From Girardia tigrina (lineage: Eukaryota): a stretch of 64,000 bases of DNA. Shown here piece after piece: positions 51,384 to 64,000 of the stretch (its first letter is position 1; each line of letters starts with the position of its first letter). The notes under the pieces were generated by a model. The model had not been told where the DNA came from, searched no databases, and saw only the letters and a list, made by a program, of their open reading frames with translations. The stretch spans positions 20,077 through 84,076 of the forward strand of contig MQRK01220259.1 of assembly GCA_001938485.1 (NCBI GenBank), written 5' to 3'. The position numbers and the translations under genes are program-made.

Positions 51384-53046
51384 TGTATCCAAAACCTTAG
51401 TTAATATGTTCCAATTAAACATTTATGTTTATTATTTATTATTTTTATGAAATTATAACTGAAATTATAAGATGTAAGTGAAAATTCAGAAGAATTATGA
51501 AAATAAATATACATTTTGTGAATAATTTAATATATCATCTAATATGTGAAATGTTTTTTTTTAATTTTACTGCTTTTCATTCAAAAAATATTTTCATTTT
51601 ATTTATAATTAATAATCAATTAATACTCTTTATTCGCAGAATGTAATTATAAATTATAAATTAAAAAATAAATTTGACATATTTTTCATCAGACGTTTTG
51701 ATTCTATTTTGGATTAATCAATTCCTGTGGAATTTTATAGTTTCAGAATTATGAATTTATGTATAAATATTATTATTATTCAGAAAAATAAAGAATAATG
51801 ACAATTTATGTTTAAAAACAGAAACACGCTATTTGTAAAATAAACATTTATTTTTTACGACAATTAATTTCGACGGTATAACCGTAATCGTCCGGTTTCA
51901 AGAAATATGAGTTTTAAATCTGCCTATATATACAAAAACACGCTCAAAAGGATTGTCGAGAGACCCGTTTGCACATTAATCTTAGGATCTAAAGATCTGA
52001 TATAAAGTGATTCACAGGCCACCCTCTCCCATTTTTTTTAAAACGAGTACACTGAATTTTAAAATGATTTATGTTTATATTTTCGTTAGAATTACAACCC
52101 TTTATTATTATTATTGTTCTAAAACTTTGCGTTCTATCCGGTTATTTGAAAATTTTAATAACTAAAGCAACGAATTCCCGCTGTTTACCAACTTTGGGTC
52201 ACGGATAATTTATAGCACAATGCAATACACGATGTATAAAATGCCTACTTGATTAATACGTAAAAAAACTCGACTTAGTTTAATTTTATAGAATTTTTGT
52301 TATAATTATTGTTATTACTATTATTATTACGGTTGATATAATAATAAAAACAATTATTATTATTATTATTAGTAGTAGTATAATTACTATTATTATTATT
52401 ATTACTATTACTACTACTACTACTTTTAGTTTTAGTTATGTTAATCGTATCATTTAAGTTAATCTTTTTTATCTTTATGAAGCAAATAAAACTGACGTCT
52501 GAGCCTTATAGGAATTAATGTACTTAATTTAAATTTTCTAATACATTACAAAGTTTTCATTTGTAAACTTTTATGTGTTTCTCAAGGGACAACTTTGGTA
52601 TAAATAATGATAGTATTGTTACTGGGAGATTGGGGATTGTTTGCTGGGATATTATTTCTGGTTTATCATTTATTATCTCCTCATTGTTACTTATTCATTA
52701 AATTTAACTTTGTTTGTTTATTGCCAGAATGCCTTTATATTTATTGGTAAATAATTTGAAATATGAAAAGAATAAAGTTATAACAATCAAAATAGAAATT
52801 ATAATAAAACTTATAAATAAATTAGAAAATATTAAATAAATAAATTGTTTAGTATTAAGACTCCAACTCCTTTGAGTTTTTGTTCCAATCTTGTTTATTA
52901 TTTTTTGTAATGGGTGAGAGACTTTTGTCATCTCTGTAAGCGGATGCAGTAGCACAAACGATCGGGTATTGATCGCAATATTACAGGACATATGGAAGAA
53001 GATCAGATGTGACGATTTATAAAGGAATATGCAACGACGACTAAAT

Positions 53047-53390
53047 CAGTGATACGCAACACCCTACCCGCGGGTAATGCAATTACCCGCAACCATATAT
53101 TCAATTACCAAATCGTTTGCATTTTTTTAATATTTATTTTTATAAGAGTGCAAAATTCAGATGCATACATCAGATTAAAAACAACAACATATCAACCTAA
53201 TTTAGAAAAATTGTGCAACGAATTTCAGCATCAAGGAAGTCATTAATTACAAATATTTTAAAATGTGTGTAATATGTAAAATAAATGTTTTATACACTTA
53301 GAAATATGAGTTAATTTTTTACCCAGTTACCCAGTAGAAATTGAAAAATATTATAATTTACCCGATCTTGAAAAAGGTTGCCTATCACTG
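53047..53390. mobile_element. hAT-type MITE
   Basis: TIRs CAGTGATACGCAAC / GTTGCCTATCACTG; TSD GACTAAAT/GACTAAAC. Confidence 0.9.
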
Positions 53391-54599
53391 GACTAAACCA
53401 TTGGAGCAGCTGTGTGGATTGAACATAAATAAGTTGTTATGGACAGATTCATGTGACTTATGGTTCATAAGATGGAAAAGGACACGAGTTCAAAGATCGG
53501 GTACTAACAGATACTTCATTACAACGTCAAAAACCTCTAAAGCAGATTCAATTTCTTTCAGAAACAGAAGAAAATTTATGATGATAATATTAAATGTTAA
53601 ATGTTGCCGAATTACTATTCTTTGTCAAATTAAAATTAAGGTACATTTTTAAATTAAATTTCTTCCATCTTAAAAAAAACTTGAAAGAAATTATCTAACA
53701 AAACAAATGTTAAAAAAAATTTACAAAAATTTTAATTGTCAAACGATAATTATGTGCAATTATTAATTTTTATATTTACATTCACAAAGAAATATGTTTC
53801 ATAAAACTGTATTTTGTTAAATAATTTACATTTTGCAAAAATATGAAAAAAATCAATTATTTATTTAATAAGAAATTTATTTTTAGCTCGTTTGGTTTAT
53901 TTTGGTAAAAGTTATTTTGTGAAAAAAATGTGTTGCAATTTGCTTCAAAAAAATTCATTAAATATTTTGTAAAAATAAATATTTGACTATTAACTTTAGT
54001 GAATAAAATTCTACAGAATTAAATTTTTATTAATTATCAATTTAATTAATAAATTAATTAATATCAATTACTAAAATCAGTTTTAATTTATTTATTAAAT
54101 TATTAAAATAATTTATTTAAAGATTTTTTTATTTATTTTTATAATATAAAACGGAAAATATAGAACCATATTTCCTATCAATTAAAAAATTCTTTAAAAA
54201 ATGGAATTTATAAAAATATTTCTACTTTAAATTTTAGAGTATATTTTTAAAAAGTTATTTATATTGTTTCAATATCAAGAATCAATTAATTAAATGTTTT
54301 ATTTGATTTAATTTTATTTTTCCATTTCTAAAAACAGCTCAACGTTTATACTTTTTGCAGAAAATATTTGGTTCGATTGAAAAAATAAAGTAGGTTATTC
54401 TAGTTTTATGTTTTTTTTTATTTTTACATTTAATTAACTTTTAATATTCTACTTTATTTAATCTTTGACTTTAATATCAATTTCTTTTAATTTGAGTAGA
54501 TATATTAATAAATTCACTTAAATTATAATTATTGATTAAAATGTCAAAAATATTTTCTTTATATTTATATATCGTCACTGACGATTAGCTGTGTATACA

Positions 54600-56690
54600 T
54601 AGTAAAGTTTGATATTCAGAATTGATGCACAAGTTAGCAAGAGAGCGAGTCTTTAATGTATGGGCTCATTTCTGTTTGCATCTCCCAAAGGACCAATCAT
54701 GATCTCTTTTATCATAGTTTTGAAGGACTTTTGTTGTATAAGCACATTTTAATGTAATGAAGAAAGAGACATTCAAAGATTTCTCTATTCGTTATATTAT
54801 TCAGCCTAAAAACGAAAACTCTATTCTTGATCGCTCCTTGATCTCTCTTGTTAGCAGTACTAACAGACATCAATATTTTCAATCAGATTCAAAATATCTG
54901 TAAGTCTTTCATGTGAGATGTAGCGGGCTTAGTACCATTAACATTTATTCGATGTTCAGCTGAAACATACCTTTGCAAACATCCTTTGGTTTATAACTTT
55001 TGAGGCAGTTCTCCATTGGATATAATGTAAGACCCACCACCTCTGTCGCTTTGATGTAATGTGCATTGTTTATATGTCTTCTTAATTCCTTTGATCAGCC
55101 AATTCTTTTCGCCAAGAAAAATGTACATGTTACTCCCTTGGTACACAAAAGAAGCATTTTCTGATATTCATTTCCTTGTTTAATAGTTTCTTTCAGTTTT
55201 TTGGTTACATGTCTTAAAGCAGGTGTTCGATTTCTTGATTGTTGTGAGGGAACCTCTCAAATTTAAGAACTCGATATTCTGCTAAGTCATCTTTGTTGAC
55301 GAAGATCTAGCGTATTTCACGAGCTACACGCTCTCTCATCCTCTACTTTTTACGGTAACTTATTTTGTAGTTTTTCGAAACCAGTTCAGAGTTTAAAACT
55401 CTGTAGACTTCGTTCACACTTTATTCTTATTGTACTCATATAAGACAATACACCTCGTGGTCAGAATAAGTCTGGCCTGAGTAAAACAAATATAGAAAAA
55501 TTAAGATGAAAATAATGATCGACTTGCATTTCAACAGAATTATCGTAAATGAGAGTTACTTAGACTGCAAAACCTTTTTCTAAAGCCATTTTAATGACTT
55601 CATAGAAAACCATATTAAATAAACACAAATGAAAAATAAACCCAAGTCCTATCACAAATACCTATTGGACTTCACTTTCCATTAAAAAATCACTACTCCA
55701 AACAAAGGTCACAAAATTCTAATGACATTCTTTTACCCATTTACGCTTGCCGTCCTCGTTTGAGAACATTTGAGAATAAACATTGAGTGACTTGATAAGA
55801 ATGTTTATGAAATTTTTCAAGTTTTATCACGTCTATATAAACAAAGTAATGAGTCAATGACTTTACGTTGCTTTAAATATGACTGGTTGAGATTTTACAG
55901 TCGCTACAATATCATATCTTAGTGCAGACGAGTGCAGACATTATACCCCCTCTACTTCTAGTTTAGATGTTAATGAGTTGATCAGAAAAAGAATGTTGTC
56001 GGTTAGACTGAATATTTTCATGTAAGCGGATGTTATATGCTTTCTGGTTTCTATATCGATTTTCCTTCCGTATTTTTGTGAGTGTAATTATGTCCTGTCT
56101 AATACTTCCTTTAGGGCGGAAATCGAATTGTCAAGAAAATGAATTTATTCTTTCTTCAACGATTGACATATTTACTAAAAAACGTGTATTAACCTTGCCA
56201 GTAACGTCCGAACGAAACTTTAATTTTTCGAATCAGATCTCGAACCATTTCCCTTGATATATTTTATTACTTTTGCTCTACTCTATTCGGCCGGGAACTG
56301 TTTATGATCTCTGTTGCATATCATCTTAAAATTATACATCAGAGTTTCAATGAGTTACTGCCCTCTCTACTTTCAAACATCCACAATCAGTCATTTCGAT
56401 GTGGGTGCATTTTTATTAATAGTTGAGATATGGTGAGCGATGTTTCATTCTTGTTTGCATGATCTATGTTGATGCAGTTTACAGTGATATATCAATTAGT
56501 AGGGGAGCTTTAAAAAGCTTTTAATGATCATTTTAGATCAAGGTCATAGATATAAAACCAATCGTCCACCTCACGCAGGATAATACCAGTCCAATACCCA
56601 CATAGCCCCAGATCATATTGTATTGAAATCGACCTAAGTTTCCTCAATGTATTTTTGTGATTCTTTGCAAGATAATTTTAAGTGACTGCT
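54600..56690 (-). mobile_element. Possible highly decayed Gypsy gag-pol relic
   Basis: A 2-kb block with raised GC and only weak motif hints (VDDWFYIYD near the 5' end); no continuous frame. Confidence 0.25.
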
Positions 56691-59600
56691 CATGGATTAT
56701 AAGGCCTGGTTGAGAGGCAGACCCTCTCGATTTGATTGGTTATCCAAGACTGCGACGAGAATGTATCGAGAGGGCGGAAATATTCACCCATTAAAACGCA
56801 TTTTAGGATAGTAGAATCATCACTTTAAAACAACATAAATGTACAAAATACAGAATGCACAGCATTGGAATTATATTTCATTTAACAATTTATTTTTTAA
56901 TTTTCCAAATAATTTAAGATAAAATTAATACATTAATTTTCGTAACACATTCCAATGAATAATAAAAGAAACTATATAAGTGAAAATGTAATAAATAATG
57001 AGTCAAATTTAAGGTAGCATTGTCAGCATGGAGTTTCGATGAATAAATCCTCTAATTAATACACTTTTTCTACGACAAAATGTCATCTTTCTTGAAATAA
57101 TTATAGAAAATCTGTAACAATTTGTTACCTTCACCAATGTAGTTACATGAAGTCGGAAACAAATCTAAGTTTTTCAATTTTTCTTACAAAATCCATTCTT
57201 AAATCTCGAAATAAATGATTTTCTATTAAAAATTATTTGTTTCTGAAATTTAATTAAATTACAAATTAAGATTAAAGATTAAATTGGTTTTCATTATGTT
57301 TTGAAGGTTTCATTTAATTAAGGAAATGTGAAAAAATTCTTAGTATAACTTTCATGAAGCAAAATAATATTTATTCTTATTTCCATAAAAGAAACAAAAA
57401 CTTTTACTTTATCTGTACAAAGAATACGAAGATATTATTCAAATATAAATAAATACAATGACCCAAATTTATTGCCATATTATAATTAATTTGTTTATAC
57501 GGTAGTTTCCTTTTCATTTTAAATCTAGTTTGCAATGTTGAGTTTTAATAAAGTCTTTGGAATATGAGATTTGTCATCAAACTCTACTAGCAAGGAGAAC
57601 GACTCAAGGTAAACCAAGGATTAGGATGAAACTACATGCACTCCATAGATTTCGATACGTTGATTCTGATTGTGTACATGTATCATGTTTAAATGCAATT
57701 TTATCATACAAAAATATTTTTTTTCAAAATCTGATTTCAGATTTGATTTCTGCGTCACAAAGTCAATAAAACAACATATTACAACAGAACTCATTTCTTA
57801 ATTTCAAACTTTGAGGGGCTGTAACGGTGCTCTTGTTCAAAAAACTGATTTTCATATTCGGAATCAGCGTATGGAAATCTATGAAATGCATATAGTTTCA
57901 TCAGAATCCTTTGGTTTTCCCTTGTAAGAAATACTTAACAATATTTGTTTTATATATTATATTACATACAAAGATTTTCCTCGATAATTCTTTTCACGTA
58001 AATTTAGAGTCATTTAATTCTGTTAAATGAACAATAAAGTTAAACATAAAACATATATTTTTAACTAAAACATATTAAAGTTATTTTCCAATTAATGAAA
58101 AATTACAATCATGACATTTTTGCGATTTGTTCAAAGTTAATCAATCTAATCATGAAATATTTAATTAGTAGTGATTTAAAATAGGAATCAACACTGATTC
58201 TCAGTTAATCCTTTGAGATGAAATGAGTTCCACGAAAAACTTATTTTAAATAGTAAACAAATAAAATTATGATGGTACTAGATCTGAGCTGTCAAGAGGA
58301 TAAATGGTAAAAGAACTTCCGAGAGTTATAATGACTCTAAATTTATTAGCAATTGTAAAAACAAACTTACAAGCAAGTGATTATAATTTAAATTAAATTT
58401 TTACAACTCCATTTTGCAATTAAATAGTTACTAATAACATAACAAAGTTTATTGTAAAACGTGGAAGGATAAAAACAAAACATTTTTATTTAATACAGTT
58501 TAAACATTTGTGGATAATCATTACACATTTTTTGTCAAAAAAGTTTTCTCGATTTCCTAGTTTGATCAAATTTTCACATAATCATTTATTGTCGTTGAAA
58601 ATGAATAAATGTACAAAGTTTGAAGAAAAGTGATTGAGTAACTAGTAAATTAAAAATTTAATTTTTTGTATCCATTTTTTATGCAGACAGAACTCTACTT
58701 TGCTAACAAAGTTTTAATTAAAAAAATAATTTCAAAAAACACAATAAAAATTAATATAAACTACTTATAATTTATAAATAGATATTTTTCAATTAATGTT
58801 GTTCGGGAACTCCGAATCTTCCGTTTTTTCCTATTTAGGGACCTTATACTGTTTTTTTATAAAATTTTTTTCCATATTATGGATGGTTAAATCATGTATT
58901 GTCATCGAGAATGAGTAAGTGTACAAAGTTTGAAAAAAATTGATTGAGTAAAAAGCCTTCAAAAATAGGTTTCTAAATTCCATTGATACATATATACCTA
59001 TGTAGAACGCAGGTTAATATAAATCATAGAAAAATAAATAGTTTTAGTGACTAAGAAGAATAAAGTTCAACCAACAGGTTCGCTAATTTTAATCTTTATT
59101 AATCTATTTTAGTCAGTTTGACACATATAATATCGACTAAAACATTAATTGAGTTTTTTTAAAAAAAATTTTCAATGATTTTGCGGCAACGATTCCGCGA
59201 TTTAGAGGTTCTAGGCGAGGCCGTGAGTGAAAGAGCCTCAGTGAGTCGTTATTTGAGTGCAGATGTGTTCTTTGATAAAAAACAATAGTTCAAATTTTGA
59301 TCTTTAGCTTAATCTTAATAGATGAACCAAATATTAGTTTCGTGAAAAGTAAAATTATGAATTATTAATATCTTCACTTGCGGGTATACCAAATTTGGTC
59401 ATGTTGTATACTTCTATACATTGCTTCGGTATGATTTATCATTTTATTATTAAAACAAATATATAAAAATACATTTTGGATTTGCTAATTTCAACCCTCG
59501 GACACTTAGAACTCTCTAGAGCTCTTTCAAAGTAGTAAAGGGACATAAATTTCCATAGACTTAGTGTTCCACCATCCCCTTTAATTGATTTTTTCCGTGT

Positions 59601-60335
59601 TTTAATATTTTCATGAGGTTTACATTTTTTGTAGTTTTCTTAACCGTCCTCAATTAATAAAGTACATTATTTTTATGGTACTTGAACAGGTTTGATTTCT
59701 TTTGTAATAAATCCGACGAAGAGAGGATTAACATTTCCATATCATTTATTTTTTCAATTCCTAAATACTCCATTTATTATTCGCACAAAGCTTAAGTAAT
59801 AATACAATACCATATTCTATAGTATAATAAAAATAATTATATAATTAAATTTATGTCGTTACAATATAATAAAATATATCTTAAAATTCAAATTATTCTG
59901 TAAATTAAAGGAGTAAATATAAATTTAAAAACCATTTTGATATTCTTTTCCAAATATAAAATTAAGAACACAAAACTTTGCCAAAGTTTTCTTGTAAATT
60001 AAAACAAGAAATTATTTGACAAGTTCATTTGAAATCATAAGAACAATGATGTTCTTGGATCTTTCAAATGAGTCCGATTCCTTTCACATAAAGCAAAAAA
60101 AGAATTATGTAAATTCCATGAAAACAATTTATAAAAAAGTGAATTATAAATAAATAAATGAAATTTTATGAGTTGTATTCATCTTTTTGTTGTTTATGAC
60201 GGTCAAACAGGAAATTTACTTCTTTTATGTAAAAAATTGGATTGATGAATTAGAAAATTTCTTTTTTGAAATTGTGCCTTTTTTATTTTATTTGTTATTT
60301 AATGTTCAGCAATTTAATATGTATTTCCTAACGAC

Positions 60336-60774
60336 TATTAGCAACATCTCAATTTGAGTGTAAACATTTATTAACAACACAAACATTTTCAGTGGCAATT
60401 TCTGCGGGAAGCATCATTCTTGATTAATATGCTTTTGTAGCCATATTAAAATCTTTAAATTAATTAATGGGATAAGAATGATATTAAGTTTTAATTTCTC
60501 AAAATTTGATTGGATAAAAAGGTAATTTTTAAAATAAACATTAGATTTAAAGTATATTAAATTTAATAATTTAAATCCTTTACTAAAAATATTACTAAAA
60601 TTTATAATTATTAAACTTTTAATTAATTCGTATTTAAATATTATTCTCATTAAATTAATTTCATTAGATTTAAGTAGTTAATCAATAACATATCAACCCC
60701 AACTGAGAAGGAGAGTCACCAATCCAAACAGCATACAAATAACAAACTTACAACATTCCGAATTTTCTGTCACA
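60336..60774 (-). mobile_element. Diverged solo LTR-like element, TG...TA ends
   Basis: TGTGACAGAAAAT...TGTTGCTAATA; flanks ACGAC/ATGAC (4 of 5 match). Confidence 0.7.
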
Positions 60775-60789
60775 ATGACAAACTTATGG

Positions 60790-61230
60790 TTGGACCTTCC
60801 AATGTACATTGGAGAGAGAAGTCGTCATCTCCGCACTAGAATTGCTGAACATACTCAATCGAGTAGAAATAGTTCGGTATTGAGCCATATTAAAAGATAT
60901 AAAGGTAATCTTATGGATTACAATAAATATTTTAAAGTGATTTTAAATAATTTTGACACAAATTATGAAAGGATTATTGCCGAAGCATTGTTAATAAAGC
61001 ATCATAAACCATGCTTAAACGTACAAGGTGATTCATCTAATCATATTAAAGTTTTTTTAAAATATCATTAAAAATACTTTTCTTTTTTTTTAAAGAAAAG
61101 AAAAAAAGCATGATTTTGAGACGTATGATGTAATAGTTTTTCAACTATATAAATAGCAATTAATCACTTTCTTTCATTGCACTGAAGATGCCGAAATGGT
61201 GAAACGCGTTTGTATTGGGAATAAATTTAA
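60790..61230 (+). mobile_element. Penelope-like GIY-YIG 3' end with pLTR
   Basis: YIGERSRHLRTRIAEH...EALLIKHHKPCLNVQ. Confidence 0.88.
61176..61215 (+). ncRNA. Minimal hammerhead-like motif
   Basis: TGCA-CTGAAGA-T-GCC-gaaat-GGT-GAAAC-gc-GTT-TGTA. Confidence 0.6.
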
Positions 61231-61254
61231 TATTAAAAAATGGCCTTTCTTTTC

Positions 61255-61290
<36 letters not shown>

Positions 61291-61340
61291 NNNNNNNNNN
61301 NNNNNNNNNNNNNNNNNNNNNNNNNNNNNNNNNNNNNNNN

Positions 61341-61371
<31 letters not shown>

Positions 61372-62951
61372 TACAATAATACTAATAATAATATCATAAT
61401 AATATCAATTGTAAGTTTTTTAAATTCCAAAACACAAGAATTGGTATTTTTGAAAACAAAAAAAATAATAAATGAATAAAATTGAATTTAAAGAAAAATT
61501 CGGAATTCTAAGGGAGAAGTTATTCTTCTTTAAAGGATGTATAAAATCGATTGTAGATTTGAAATAGAGACTGTCGTTCTAGACAAAGATGTGTTAGACA
61601 GTAAATTATAACTAATTTAATTAAAACATAATATTATAATTAAAATAATTGACTAGAACATCGACTTCTTTCCAAAACAATTGCTTAAAGGGACAAAACT
61701 TTAAATAGAAACTGTTGAATGAATTATCGAAATTTCAATAAATATATTCGAAAGGATTACTAAAAGAGACATACGGAAAATAAACAAATATTTCCAGAAA
61801 TAATTAACAATATTATTTATTTTGTTTGGATAATAAATGTCATCAATAGAGTGTTTATTATTACTATTATTTTTCATATCATTACTAAATGAATAATTGA
61901 TTCATTCTCCAGTTTTGTATATTTTTTACGTTTTGGCGAATGTATTTATTTATTTGTTTTAAAACTATCTGTTCATATTGTCTCAATTAATTATTTGTTA
62001 ATTTCATATTGTCAAAAAATAAATTTATTTGTCTAGTTAAAGTAATTTAGATTATCTTTCATTAAATATTATTGGAAAATAAAAATATCATTTATGAAAA
62101 ATCTGCTTGCTAATAGGGTCGGGTTATCGGAGGGGCATATAAGACAAATATATGGGTCGGTCAAACTTCTAACCTGAAAAGATTAGTTAATAATATTTTT
62201 GGATAAATGCGCAAGAAAACGAATAAACAAAAATATATAAATGAAAAGAACAATGATAAATTTTTAAAATCATGTTTAATAACGCTGTTGATAAAATAAA
62301 TTTTTATATTCATTATCATTTTAGCAATTTTCAATGAAAGCTATTAAATCAAAAAATTAATATATATATATATTAAAATAAAAAGTTAAAAAATATAATT
62401 TTGAATATATGGATTTGTATTTTATTTTGTTTAAAATTGTTTTTAAAAACAATTATTCTGGAAAAAATACTTATAGGAGTTGTTTAAATAATTGGAATAA
62501 AGAGTGCGGTTTTGGTTATTATTTATCGCTATATCGGTTGTGAGTTTGATTTGGGTGAAAAATTTGAATCAGTGTTGTGATTGAATATTTAATTGCCGAA
62601 TCGTTATGTTGGCATTTGGATCACTGGAACGGAATTTCCACGTCAAGGCCGCTTTTAAAGATAGACTTCGTGGTTTCGTGGTGGCCATCATCCGTAAGTT
62701 CCCTGTTTGGTATATTATAGTTTCGAAAATAGAAGGTGAATCGTGAGTGTATAAAGATTCTATACGCTTCTATTTTCTGCCAGGGAAATAGTATTGATTT
62801 GGTTATTTTTTNNNNNNNNNNNNNNNNNNNNNNNNNNNNNNNNNNNNNNNNNNNNNNNNNNNNNNNNNNNNNNNNNNNNNNNNNNNNNNNNNNNNNNNNN
62901 NNNNNNNNNNNNNNNNNNNNNNNNNNNNNNNNNNNNNNNNNNNNNNNNNNT

Positions 62952-64000
62952 CATAAGAGGAGTTGATAAATATCCACATTTGGCTGGGTTAAACTTCATA
63001 GAAGTCCATTCAACCATGTCACATGCAGATGAAACCATGGCTTGTAAACAAGAGTTGCTGGTTGCAACTAATGCAATATCATCTGCATATGCCAGACAAG
63101 TGATCTTACCAGCCTCGGTGTCGATACCAAAAGCATCATTATCTTGTAGTGCAGCTAAAATTGGATCAATTCCAACGCTGAACAGCAGCATTGAAAGAGG
63201 ACATCCTTGTCTAACCCCCCTCCTGATGGATATGTCTTCAGTCGTACAATCATTGCAGGTATATGTTGATGAACAATNCGAGTACAGATTTGCAATGAGA
63301 GAGCAGGAGAATGAATCTAGACCTTTTCTTCTGAGAACTTCTAATATATGATTAATTGGAATGCTGCCAAATGCATCAGTTAGATCGAGGAATGCAATAT
63401 GAAGATGTACATATTCCTCCAGTAAAATTCTCACGTTATTGTGTTCAGCGCACCCGTCCGATGGTCCGATGCCTTTTTGGAACTTTGAAATTAAATTGTT
63501 CTTCACCAGCCATTGTTCTAGTTGAGTACATAGGCAAGATGTGAACAACTTGGCAATGCATTCCATCAGGGCTATTGGTCTCCATGATCCTATATCTTTG
63601 TAATTTCCTGACTTACCTGGTTTAGGGATCATTACCGTTANNNNNNNNNNNNNNNNNNNNNNNNNNNNNNNNNNNNNNNNNNNNNNNNNNNNNNNNNNNN
63701 NNNNNNNNNNNNNNNNNNNNNNNNNNNNNNNNNNNNNNNNNNNNNNAATGTTTGATATACCGGGACTAGTATTTTTGGTGTTCTTGAGTATGTTGGCAAT
63801 CTCTTCTGGAGTGACATGCTGAAATTGAAATTTTGGGCCAGGTTTGATGTTTGGCGCATTGCTCCAGTATGTTTCAGGAGGATAGTCGCTTTTTGATTTG
63901 GCGTAATTTGTAAGAGATTCCAAAGATAGCTCTCCATCAACAGTAGTGTCACTTAGAATTATTTCCATGGCCTTTTTCGGTTTCATTTGAAAGTAATGTC
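62952..64000 (-). mobile_element. Non-LTR retrotransposon RT, RLE clade (NeSL/Utopia/R2-like)
   Basis: WRPIAL, QKGIGPSDGCAEHN, AFLDLTDAFGSIP, GVRQGCPLSMLLF, LAYADDIAL and FNPAKC motifs; the frame is open across the sequenced parts. Confidence 0.92.

Noticed and set aside
52300-52440. Telomere-like repeat
   Set aside because: Mixed TTA/TAC/TAG low-complexity microsatellite with no uniform unit.
1-64000. Naming the organism (for example a dicyemid or flatworm) or calling a prokaryotic defence system
   Set aside because: The content is clearly eukaryotic, but nothing in the window is taxon-diagnostic without a database search.

Overview
A very AT-rich eukaryotic window with (TA)n runs and N gaps. 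It is made almost entirely of nested, decayed transposable elements and pseudogene fragments, and I find no intact host gene. Elements recognised from protein motifs or termini: Penelope-like retroelements (RT and GIY-YIG pieces, with minimal hammerhead ribozymes), an RLE-clade non-LTR RT (NeSL/Utopia/R2-like), BEL/Pao and Gypsy-like pieces, several Tc1/mariner elements and a foldback MITE, four hAT elements, a Mutator, a Chapaev3-like element and a three-copy non-autonomous Helitron family. Host-gene relics: histone H2A, a divergent beta-tubulin, LRRC49 and EEF2. Most notable observations: (1) a full-length H2A pseudogene inside one Helitron copy, with the empty site visible in two sister copies; (2) a solo-LTR-like family with TG...TA ends and 5-bp TSDs; (3) a shared GC-rich 31-nt terminus behind two unrelated orphan ORFs; (4) a C2H2 zinc-finger unit whose structured 3' end recurs at the window start; (5) a cluster of RFX X-box motifs near the tubulin and LRRC49 relics. 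LRRC49 suggests a centriole- or cilium-bearing lineage, but the organism cannot be determined. All family assignments come from motif recognition by eye, not from database searches.
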